DNA of 64,000 nt, from assembly GCA_035084275.1 (NCBI GenBank), contig CM068756.1, forward strand, positions 4,774,001 to 4,838,000, given 5' to 3'. This stretch comes from Hydrolagus colliei. Lineage: Eukaryota. Both the position numbers and the translations under genes were made by a program. Every line of letters starts with the position of its first letter. Position 1 is the stretch's first letter. Below the pieces are notes generated by a model, which was not told the origin of the DNA, ran no database searches, and saw nothing but the letters and a program-made list of their open reading frames with translations. Below, one piece after another: positions 12,204 through 22,870 of this stretch.

Positions 12204-13057
12204 GAAAAGGACATTGACCGGACGTCTATATGTTACTACCTTTGAACTTAAGAACTTAAGACACTGATACAAATCTCTGCTTGAACATGGTAACATCACA
12301 TGTCTGAGCCCTTTATATTCAATATCTTTTTTAAATCAATATTTCAAAAGGGAATTCATTCCTTACTGAACTTGACAAAGATGTGACCATGAAACATGGG
12401 AGGAAAGCGCAAGTGCCCATATAGATTTTCTTTTCTTTGTTTCATTTACCCTGTAAAATTCAAACATTTTCTATCACCACAAACGTCAGAGATTGTAAAT
12501 TCTGGTGACTTTTCAGATGTATAAAATAACAACTTTGTTTCAATCAGATTTTCTCCTTCTCCCCCCCACCACACCCCAAAATCTCTGCTTATGTCAAGCA
12601 GCAAGTCGTGTACATTTTATTTCTCAAACTTTGAGAAAGAGAGCTTTAAACTTTGCTAGCAAAATCCCACACTGCCTCTGTATAACTAATGTCAATGGAG
12701 TTACTGTACACAGCACACCTACCTACCATCAACTTCTATTAATTGCCTTTAGAAACTCAAGAACCTATTTATAGACCAATTCAAGTTAAAACAAGCTCCC
12801 TTAAATTCTCTGTCTATTAATAGTCGGATTTCTCATGCAGAGAAAAAAAAGTAATGCACACCTCAAATTTATAAATAATGTGAGAGAGAAGACTTTGTCA
12901 ATTTTAGAAAAAGCATTTTCAGTGGCTAGAAACCCTGTACAGTGAAACCATTACTAACAGCCAGTGAAAACTAGAAAAATACGCAACAGAAATAAAGGAG
13001 TAATCTTAGCTCAGCAAGTAGGAGCAGCGCAAAGTATATTGTGACTTTTCCTGCTAT

Positions 13058-13205
13058 TCATAGAATCTTATAGCACAGAAGGAGGCCATTTGGACCATCA
13101 TGTCTGTGCTAGCTCTTTGAAAGATTTATCCAATTAGTCCCACTCACTCTTCTACTACCCCATAGCCTTGCAATTTTTTTCCTTTTCAAATTCCTATCCA
13201 TTCCT
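13058..13205 (-). mobile_element. CR1 LINE 3' end
   Basis: tcatagaatcttatagcacagaaggaggccatttggacc...ccccatagccttgcaa is the reverse complement of the CR1 end at 58770-58885. Confidence 0.8.
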
Positions 13206-13367
13206 TATTCCAACCATTTTATCACTCCTTTTTGGTAGTTGAATGAACACACTGAAATAATATCTATCAGAAGTTTAAAATTAATTCATCCACCTTGTTG
13301 ATAGTTGCTTACATGACAAATCTGATTTGTTTACTTGCCCTATTATTATTCTGACCAAATACCTCGC

Positions 13368-13490
13368 TCCTCTCCTGAGGACATTCCCTTTGTGGACTGG
13401 CATTACACGGGAAGTTGTTGGGTTATTTTCGGTCGAGTTGCCATTCTTCATGTGTGAACAGGTCAGTGACTAGTTGGCAGGTTTGACATT
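13368..13490 (-). mobile_element. LF-SINE-like 3' fragment
   Basis: cctctcctgagg...gccattcttcatgtgtgaacaggtcagtgactagttggcagg matches the reverse complement of 4371-4406. Confidence 0.65.
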
Positions 13491-14757
13491 ATACTTGATC
13501 TGCCACTGCAAGATCTCCTTCCTCTTTATTAATCCTGAATGAGTTAGACCAGGCAGCACATGAGGTATCCTGTGGTCCGTTAACATGCGGCGCATGCCAA
13601 TAAGATAGTGTCTCTCACACAAAAAATTCCTGACCTTGATCCTGCCACTGTGGAATGTACCAAGTCTACAGTAGAAACAAGCATTTTAAAACAGCCAGTA
13701 TAAGTGAAGGTCAGCCTGGTACTTCTCCCCACACCAAACATAATTCTGCAGAAAAGCTCTGGGTGCTTTTTTTAAATCTACTCTGCTGTTGTTTTATCAA
13801 GGAAGGAGCAGGCACCAGGTAACATGCTTATCCTTATTGGGTGTGCTGCGGAGCACTGGTTCAGAATGGTGTTGACATGGAAATTTCAGCCAGGCCATGC
13901 TAAACTCAATTACTTTTCCCACAAAAAGAGAAGGGAGAGCAAAACACTCCAAGATGTCTTCACACAGCTCTCCATGACTGGCTGAATCAGCCCAACCCTC
14001 TCAGCCAAGTGCACATGTGTAATATTCAGTGATCATAAGGAATATTCTGTGTGGAAATACAAGACTTAAGCACGAAGAAACATAACCCATAGGGGTCCTG
14101 AGGGTTTTTCAATTGAGTTCAATAATAATAAAATCTTCAGGTCTTGCCTGAAGACCACTTTGACTGTGCCTACAATCATCTCGCAATTCAACCTGATTTA
14201 GCGATGTACTCCGCCGCTGTCAATCTCTTTGGAGATAATCTACATGAACAGCGCTACACAAGTCATTATTGTTGTAATGCTCTGATAAACCATACAATGG
14301 TGGAACTTATATATTCAGGTTCCAAACGCAATTTGACTATTTCTCCCTGAGCTATTCCCTGGCTTCAATGTGCACCCATGTGCCATCCCCATCATTGGCT
14401 GCAATTGGACTTGCATCTAAATGAGACCACAAAAAAAAAAGTTTAAATTCTGTTAGCTATTATTCTCATGTTTGGCAAACCCAAATGAAAGATACCGCTT
14501 TTAAACATCCAGTGTTGGCAGTCACAATCTATCATTGTAATGAAACATTTTGAAACCCCACCAACTGCTATTGGTGAATTTTCTGGTTCACTGCAAACAC
14601 ACTTCAGTAATGGCACTTGCAAAACCGTAAACTTTCTAGAGAAAAATTTTGTGAACCCGGAATACAATCTAATGTAGCTCAGAACTTCATCTAAAGTCAG
14701 GGTTTGGTGATGTGCTCAACAGCCCTCCCCTACTTAGCTTGTAACACATGTTTGTAT

Positions 14758-14970
14758 TACACAATCAATTCTACCACAACCACTTTCTCAGCAGCAGTAT
14801 TTAAAATGCCATCTATCAATCCAATTGAATGAGAAATTCAAAACCACAAACAGCGTCTCCAAACACTTGAATGCAATTTCGTGGGAACAGTTTACAAAAT
14901 AATTTGTAGCGTTGCTCAGGAAGCGTGAAGAGTGGAGAGGCATTTTTGGTGAGTGACCTCCGTGTTTATA
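14758..14970 (+). repeat. Diverged ~210-bp direct repeat, copy 1 (copy 2 at 15826-16050)
   Basis: Colinear shared blocks accacaac.acttt, ccat.tatcaat, tgagaaatt, aaacacttg, aacagtt.acaa.ataa, tgctcaggaag.gtgaag, agtgac, gtgtttat. Confidence 0.75.
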
Positions 14971-15559
14971 GAATTAAACATTTTTCCTGAACATTTGTGC
15001 CTCCCTGACAATGGGAGACGTTTTTCCACAAGAGCAACAGAACATCATAAGGACAGGAACATATTATTGCCGAGTGCCTTGTGACTCGTGCTGGCAAATG
15101 ACGTGCCATTGTGCTTGAATCAACTCTGTCCATAGTCGACGAAACACAGCTAAAAACTGCAAAATTACACATTATAATTAAAGCCACTGCCTTGAATAAA
15201 CAGCACTCGTTAATTACATGTGCCAAATGACAACAATGACAGCTTTTTGTGCATACAGTTTGAAATACAGGGTATTTTCCTTTCGGCACTGGTCCAACAG
15301 GAAGCATAAAGTGGTGCAGTACAAAAAGTTTTCAATGTACTTACTGTATGTCAGAAAGCAAAAGGTTTTAGTAAATCAAAAATAGCTTGAGCAACATTCA
15401 CTGTTAATTTCTGCTGGAGCTTGTCAAATAGGATCTTTGTGCTACACAAGTGGTTTGAGAATGCCAGACCAGGAGCTCCGAGATGCTAACCTCCACGAGG
15501 GGCGCGATATGATTGCAAATTGTTTTAGTTGTTGTTACCTTCACTTGCTATATTCTATC

Positions 15560-15680
15560 CCCGTTTCGCCCACAAATATGCAGTCAATTCACTTAACAGT
15601 ATATTCTGTGAAGTGATTTGAGACGTCTAGAAGATGTTAAAAACGCTACATCAAATGCAAGGATTATTATTATGATTATT
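15560..15680 (+). mobile_element. SINE 3' fragment
   Basis: cgtttcgcccacaaatatgcagtcaattcac...gtgaagtgatttgagacgtctag...caaatgcaaggattattattat. Confidence 0.85.
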
Positions 15681-15825
15681 AACATTGATAGAACACCTGA
15701 ACCGTACAACCCAACATTATGACTGAACCCTTTGCACTCCCTGAGAAGCTTCTAAATGTGCAGCGCAAGAAAAAAAAACTTCACATCTGCAAAATGAATT
15801 TGTTGCCCATTTCATAATGCTATAT

Positions 15826-16050
15826 TTACATAAATCAATCGTGCAAGGACCACAACTACTTTCCTCTGCCACAGTATCTAACCTACCATATATCAATTCA
15901 ACTGGGTGAGAAATTTGAAAGCAAAAGGGCATCACAAAACACTTGGGATGCCATTTTGTGTAAACAGTTCACAACATAACGTGTGTTGATGCTCAGGAAG
16001 TGTGAAGCATGAAGAGACAATTTTCATGCAGTGACTCACTGTGTGTTTAT
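15826..16050 (+). repeat. Diverged ~210-bp direct repeat, copy 2
   Basis: Colinear with 14758-14970. Confidence 0.75.
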
Positions 16051-16322
16051 GAAAAGGAAGATTTGACAATTCTTTTTCACGAAGACATTTCAAACAGTGG
16101 TTTTGTTTAAAACGCTAAATCACTGCATTGGCCACAGAATGTAATAGCTCCTAAACTAAATCAATTGACTATTGGCTGACAAAATCTTAGAAACACAACT
16201 TAATAAGGCAATATAACATTTGCAAATTACCCAAGGTAGAGTATTAGTTGAATCCAATAAATGGTCACAGTGCAATGATTAATTGAAAGTCAACTGAATA
16301 TATGGTCTGGTTCCCTTATGAA

Positions 16323-16450
16323 GTAATAATAATAATTCTTGCATTTGATATAGCGTCTTATCACATCTTTGGAACTTCGTAAAGCACTTCACAGAATATC
16401 TTGCAGAGTGAATTGACTGTACATTTTATGGGCAAAACGCAGCAGTGTAT
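16323..16450 (-). mobile_element. SINE 3' fragment
   Basis: (AAT)n, ttgcatttgatatagcgtc...aagcacttcacagaatat...gggcaaaacgcagcag. Confidence 0.85.
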
Positions 16451-17110
16451 TGTGCCATTATCATATCCAACTCTTATCCAATCTTGTAGCAATTCACTCA
16501 GACATTCCAGGTATGGGTTCCTCCTGAGGAATTAATTTTGCCAATTCATTACAAGAGCATCCCCGAAAAGCTCTGCATCTTTAAAGCTTTCCCTCTCCAG
16601 GTTTAATATTACTCGCAAATGTTGTAAAAATACTGAATAAATTCTTAGTAGTTTAAGTTCCAGTAAACAAAATGTAAATTGTGTTGGTGCACATTTTTTA
16701 TTGCTTCATTGTTACAGAACAATCTTAAATGGTCAATAGTTTGCCCAATTATGTAGGTTGGTCATGTAGTCTAATTTATGTATGGTCTTCAGATTTCAAG
16801 AGTTGTCTCAGAAGATATTTTATATTGCTATAACATGCAAAATGGGATTGAGAATCTGAACACATAAAACTTTGTTATACCAAGACGGCAGGAAAGGAGA
16901 GCCCGAGTTCATGGTTGGAAAGTGATAGTTTAGGGCGGATACCAGGCAATTACCTGGAGTTGATTAACGGCTAGAACAGATAAAACAGAAAATGGCAAAC
17001 AAGCATCAGAAGGAAACCGGGATCAAGATCCTGGTGACCGATGAGCAAGGCTATAAACTTGGCCCTGGATGATAACCAGGATTTAACCAATGCAGAAGCA
17101 ATGAAAACTG

Positions 17111-17400
17111 ATAATAATAATATTATTGCATTTGATATAGTGCTTTTCATGTCCTCTAGATGTCTCGAAGCGCTTCACAGAATATACTGTAAAGTGAATT
17201 GACTGTGTATTTGTGGGTGAAACGCAGCAGCCAATTGTCCCGCAAACAGTCGTGGATTGAAATGACCAATTTTTTTTTGAGGGATTATTATCAGGCGTGT
17301 GGAGTAAGGAAACTTGCCCAAGGTTTCGCCCTGCCTGGAATTGAACCCAGGTCTCTCGCTTGTAACGCAAGTGCTCTAACCACTGAGCTATAGGACTCCA
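17111..17400 (-). mobile_element. Full-length tRNA-headed SINE (best copy in window)
   Basis: Head TGGAGTCCTATAGCTCAGTGGTTAGAGCACTTGCGTTACAAGCGAGAGACCTGGGTTCAATTCCAGGCAGGGC with Pol III A box (TAGCTCAGTGG) and B box (GGTTCAATTCC); Deu-3'-like body; stem-loop and (ATT)n tail. Confidence 0.92.
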
Positions 17401-17995
17401 AAACAAACCTGTGGCTGACTGACCATATAGAGTATGTGTTGACAAAAGTTACAAATCTCCACCACGCACTGGAGGGAACAGCTCCCGTTTGTCTCCCATG
17501 GGTTACATTGTGTCTTCAATCATTAATGTGACTGCCTTACTAACACTCTACTGCCTGTACATTTGGTGAAACCTTCTTCTGATATACAATGGAGGAAACA
17601 CAGTGACCAAACAACGCGCTGTGTTGGTCTCCAGCGATAATCTCCTCAGATGAACAATGAGAATGACTTTGAACAGTTCCTGATGTTTCCCCCATACAAT
17701 ACATAAATGTGTGCCTGCGGTGATTGAACGCACTGTGCTGGTGCTTTACTTTGAACTGTTAAATTCAATTTGCCTAATGCCAGCCACAGATTACTGGAAA
17801 CAGAAAAGGTAGGTATGCAAATATTTGCAAGGAATTAATGCCCATTGTGATAACATTTCCATTTTAACAAGTCCATTTTTCTCATTCAGAAGTACAGATC
17901 AACGTAATACGGCTTTTATAGATACTGAATACATACTGTACTTTGATGTTTCTACATTTTATTTTTCCACACAAGATGCAGCAGTGTATTGTTGA

Positions 17996-18284
17996 TAATT
18001 ATAATAATCCTTGCATTTGATATAGCGCTTTTCAAGTCTTCTAGACTTCTCGAAGTGCTTCACGGAATATACTGCAAAGGGAATTGACTGTACATATGTG
18101 GCCAATTGCACATAGCAGTGTCCCACAAACAGTCATGGGTTGAAATGACCAATTTACGATAGGTTATTTCTTTGAGGGATTATAATCAGGTGTGTGGAGT
18201 AAGAAAACTTCCCAAAGTTTCGCCCTGCCTGGAATTGTACCGAGGCCTCTCACTTTTATGGCGAGTGTTCTAACCACTGAACTA
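17996..18284 (-). mobile_element. Near full-length tRNA-headed SINE
   Basis: Colinear with 17111-17400 but lacking the first few head bases. Confidence 0.9.
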
Positions 18285-19485
18285 GATTTGTGCAATAACT
18301 GGATGCAAACTCTTAAGTCGAACTGTGGTTTTCGTTAGCTCATAGCAAACTTAAACAAGCCACAGTCGATTGCGTCCAGGGGGTAATTTCACACTGATTT
18401 ATCTTTTCATGGCCGCAGTAAAACTTTAGTCTAACTTCAACTGATGGAAAGCAAACATTTAAGCATTTAAAACAAAGTTTCAGTTCAGAGCGCATTCTGA
18501 TGCAGTGTGGTGGACTGTTAAGATTTTCGGTCTTTTTAGAAAATAGAACTGGCAGAACTACTAGCTGTTTAATAATGTTAAAAATGAACTGGCATTTGGC
18601 GTTGGTTTAGCAGATCTCAGTGTCGGTGCATTTTCAATGAGCGCCGGGAGATGTAGAATCAGATGTATAGCTGGAGCTGCCAGATTGCATCACTCTGTGA
18701 CAGGCGCCATGGTTGATTAGCAGGTATAATGTAAACTGAACCGTAAAATTTGGTACTTCATTCTATCTCAATTGGGTTTCTATTCAGTTCAAGGGATCAA
18801 TCAATTGCCTTTCCTTGGCATCCAAACTCGGTTTTAAAGGGCTAAACCTAAATAATCTTATTTAGAATTGCAAATGTATTTTCTTTTCAATAACAAAAGT
18901 TTTACGCAGTGAAGTCAGACCTAAGACAAACTAGTGCCTAGAGGATAATGGCAACATCTTCAATCCAAATTCTCAAAGTGAAGAGACTCATGACAGCAAT
19001 CAGTAAAAAAAAGCAGTGTCCAATTACTGGTTTAAAAAAAACATCTAGAGTTGACAGCATTTTGTTTTCATGGCACATTCTTAGTGAATCGAATATAAAC
19101 ACTTTTGTAAATGAATCCATGTCGCTGCTTTTTGGCTAAATCAGGTTTTCTCATCATTCTACAACTTGGCAGTCAATTTCTGTTTTTGTGCTTTAATTAG
19201 ACACCTATATTTTCCAATGTTTCTCCTCTCCGGAGCTGCTGTGTTTCAATTTGCCACAGATGAAGTGTATACTTTGATAAATGATGAAACGCTGGACAGG
19301 TTTGCAAATCCAACAACACTGAACCTGCCTCATGGGTCCAGTCAGGAGGTTATTTTGCAGCAAAATAATGGACAAATGCTGAAATTTGGCAAAGCTGTTG
19401 TATAACTGACAAACAAATGCAACAGGTAGGATGGAACAAAATACAAATAGAAAATTTGGGAAATAAACAGGAGTCACTTAAGCAT

Positions 19486-19519
19486 CTGAAAGAGAAACAG
19501 CTGAAAGAGAAACAGCTGA
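19486..19519 (+). repeat. Tandem 15-mer duplication (ctgaaagagaaacag)x2
   Basis: Directly visible. Confidence 0.85.
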
Positions 19520-20499
19520 TTAACTTTGTACCCAAATCCTTTCTTTGACACAAAACAAGTTCAGACAAAGGTTCACAATCAAAACTGCAACCTGTTTTTC
19601 CTTTCAGGCAAGTGATGATCAACAGTGCATTTTCAGACATTTCTTATCTTGCTAAAAAGTACAATAGCTTTGGCCGGACTTAAAACGTAAATAGACTTTT
19701 CCCAAACAGGAACACATCATTCCCTGTTGGATCCTGGCTTGAGTTATACATAAATTAATTGCAGCTAAAGTCCAAAGTCAGTTTCAGGTTCAAAGTAATT
19801 CATAGCAGGATTATTTTAAGAGCCTGCTTGGCTTCCTGGAAATCTGTTCAGCTGCTGTTAGTTCATTAAGACTCTCAGACTGTGGACTCTCCAGACAACA
19901 AATTATTCTATGCCTCTTCAAACAGATCAAATAAACATTCCTGCAGGTTGAGAGATGCTTGTGACATTTACCATATCTTGACAAACCCAATGGACATCAG
20001 AACTGGCTTCATATCAATCTAACCTATGCATTTAATCAACCAGCAACCTTTAAAATATCCCCCGTCCAAACAAAAAATCATGCTGTCTCCACTCAAAACT
20101 GCCTCTCCAAACATACTCTGTTGCATTGATGGCATCACAACTGCCCTTCTAGTTCTTTCTCTGATCTGATTTATTTCGCTGCTGATCTGCAGAACACACC
20201 CATCTTTGATGCCTTAACAGGTGATTCTTGATGCTTGACTTATACACTTTGTCTGTGAATACTTTAGAGAATCTTGTGGCAATTATTCTCTTTTCCTCTA
20301 TCCCAATTTCCCCTCGCCCAGTCTCATCTGCTTTCCAGAAGGTACCAGTGCATTCCAGGTATAAGCTCAGGCACCCAGCATTTCTAAGTATAATAAATAC
20401 GCATAATAAGTACAACACAATAACTTAGATTTATGTAGCATATTTCAAGTAGGGCTGTGTCTGGGAGCTCTGAACAATGGCGGAGTTTGCAGTGTTTCA

Positions 20500-20700
20500 G
20501 CACATGGATATTCTTCTTGTGTAACCACAGAGAGCCAATACCATCAATTTAGGATGTGGTTTTCGCAGCCAAGCTCAATCCTGCCCCCTTATCAAAAACT
20601 CAGCAAATTTTTATGGTTACTGATGTGAATCAGAGCAGATACCCTATCTGAATGTTTTGCCTCCCTCACCCAAGGGATGTAAGACAAAATATAGCATTGG
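20500..20700 (-). mobile_element. LF-SINE-like relic
   Basis: tggatattcttcttgtgt...cagccaagctcaatcctgcccc...atcagagcagataccctatctga...cctccctcacccaaggg. Confidence 0.55.
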
Positions 20701-20744
20701 ACATACCAATTGGCTAAGATCCATAGATTTGGCAGTGTCACCAA

Positions 20745-20820
20745 TTTACAACATATTCTGCGAAGCACTAGATGTCTTGATGATGTGATAAAGTGTTGCA
20801 TCAAATGCAAGGATTATTAT
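20745..20820 (+). mobile_element. SINE 3' tail fragment, tail-to-tail with the adjacent L2
   Basis: atattctgcgaagcactagatgtc...atcaaatgcaaggattattat. Confidence 0.75.
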
Positions 20821-20827
20821 CCTAGTG

Positions 20828-21128
20828 ACAACAACAAAAAAATTACATTTATAGAGAGCATTTTACATCGGGAGGATGTTCCAAGGCGCTGAGCTGTCAG
20901 GAGTCGGGATAGGGAGAGAGGTGGGAGGGCGGCAGAAGGCACGATCGAAAAGGAGGATCTTGAGACTGGCCTTGAAGGAAGCAAGGGAGGAATTTAGGCA
21001 AAAGGACTGCGGGATGGAGTTTCAGAGTGTGGGGGAAGAGAGGCTGAAATCCCGGCCACCGATGGTAGAGTGGGTCGGGTGGGAGACATGGAGCAGACCG
21101 GAGCCCACTGAACGGAGGGGGTAGACAG
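20828..21128 (-). mobile_element. L2 LINE 3' end
   Basis: Colinear with 8679-8995; minus strand encodes GGRDFSLSSPTLxNSIP...SFKASLKILLF. Confidence 0.9.
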
Positions 21129-22349
21129 GTTTGTAGGGGCAGTTTGGTAGTAACACACTAAGTGTGACCACATTACATTTATTCTAACTCCGTAATGTGT
21201 TAAAATGCATATTTTAAATGCTTTACAGAGATCTGATGTATTGAAATTATAAAAATGCCGGAAATATAGTAATTCGTTGGTGAAACACTCACAAATGAAC
21301 AAGTCATCATTCCAAGGAAGCAGCCATTGCTTCTGCAAAAAAGCTTCTCAAATTAAAGTGCAATTATCATACCCTGAGCAATTTGGATCTTATTTTGTAA
21401 AATAAAAATTTGAAAACCACTGTATACAATTCAACTTGCTTTGCCGTGTTTAAGCATTTGGTGTATTTTTTTACAAGAGCAAGTGAACAGAACTTAAATG
21501 ATTGCAGTTTAAACCTGTTAAGACAAATATTATGGTGTTTTCAGGGGAGGGAGGGAGAAATGTAGCCTTCTTGAGGTTTTTTTTAACGAGTTTTTTCTAA
21601 GATTAAATGTGACCGAAACCTTATTCAGTAGAATTTGACATTATTGACAAGAAATACTGTATGAGCAATGGTTACCAAATCTCCCTTGCTTCCCCAAATG
21701 CAACTAATTGACAGGAAAAGTTTATTGGACACCATTCAGACAGTAGAAGGAAGCATATGCAGGGATAGGAACATCAACAGAGAATTTGATTTTCAGGGAA
21801 AAAAATTAGATACAGTTTAGAGTAAAACATATTTGTGCTATTTTAAAATTTGTTTTCCACCAGCACTAATTTGGCAACGTACAAATCAAGTTAAAGCTAA
21901 CCATATGTTCAGGAGTACAGATACAAGCTGATATCTAATTAAGCAAACAGAAATAATTCAAAGCATTCAAATTACATAATCATTAAGTTTTAATTATGAC
22001 AATTATTGTATTCTAAAGTTAGCATGGCCCCATCCCTGACCAACACATTTCTACGGAAAACATGATAAAAATGTCAGACCAAGACATTAAGATTCCAACC
22101 TTTTCTCCACTTCCACTCCTTATATTCAATATGGGACAATATGAAAACCTGTCTGACCAAAAATTGGTAAACCTTTCTTCGGACGATGTTTTGTTTTCTC
22201 TCACATACTTCAAAGGGGTAAAGCTTTGGTTCACAAAAGTACGTGACCTGCATAACAGAAAGAAGAATTGTGGACAAGCAAAAGCTGTGTGATTGTTCAA
22301 ACCATCGTGTAAACTGTTCTTTACAGGTACATTCAATCCAGGGCAATAA

Positions 22350-22580
22350 TGACAACTTGCATTTCCGGGACAGGTGACTGTAAACCCAGTCGAAGAGAAA
22401 GATCTTCAGGTGTGATCTGAAAAGGGAGAAAGAGGGAGCAAGATGGAGAGATTGAGGGAGACAATTCCAAAGCATTGGAGCATATCAGCTGCTGGCAAGT
22501 CCTTTGATGGTGGAGCGGAGGGGACGAGGGACAAGCGGTGAGCCAGCCAATCAGAGGCGGTGGGTGGTGGAGTGGGAAGT
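22350..22580 (-). mobile_element. L2 LINE 3' fragment (related subfamily)
   Basis: ORF 22074..22475 begins LWNCLPQSLHLAPSFSLFRSHLKIFLFD, the L2 ORF2 C-terminal motif. Confidence 0.8.
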
Positions 22581-22802
22581 AAGCAGGTTAAGGTTCGATT
22601 TTAATGATAAAATGCCTCCAACAATATGAGTTAGAAACGATTTATCATCTGGTCCATTTACCTGAGTTCAATGTTGACCTTTGGCAAACTTGAGCATTGA
22701 GAACTCATGTGACCCTATGGAGTGGAGAGGATACTGAAAAGAGGAGCCATGGCATAACTGGAATTCTGGAGCAGAGAACTGCAATCTTTGCTTTTGAACA
22801 AA

Positions 22803-22870
22803 AACAAAATAACAACAAAATTACATTCATAGAGCGCCTATCACGTCGGGAGGACGTCCCAACAGTGCGC
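22803..22870 (-). mobile_element. L2 terminal stem-loop and tail only
   Basis: aacaacaaaattacattcatagagcgcctatcacgtcgggaggacgtccc. Confidence 0.8.

Noticed and set aside
17325-17400. tRNA gene calls for the SINE heads
   Set aside because: Each head runs straight into a SINE body without a T-run terminator, and the anticodons differ among copies.
19260-19425. Plus-strand exon-like segment (ccacag|ATGAAG...CAG|gtagg)
   Set aside because: The long frame hits a stop before the donor, the pyrimidine tract is weak and there is no recognisable homology.
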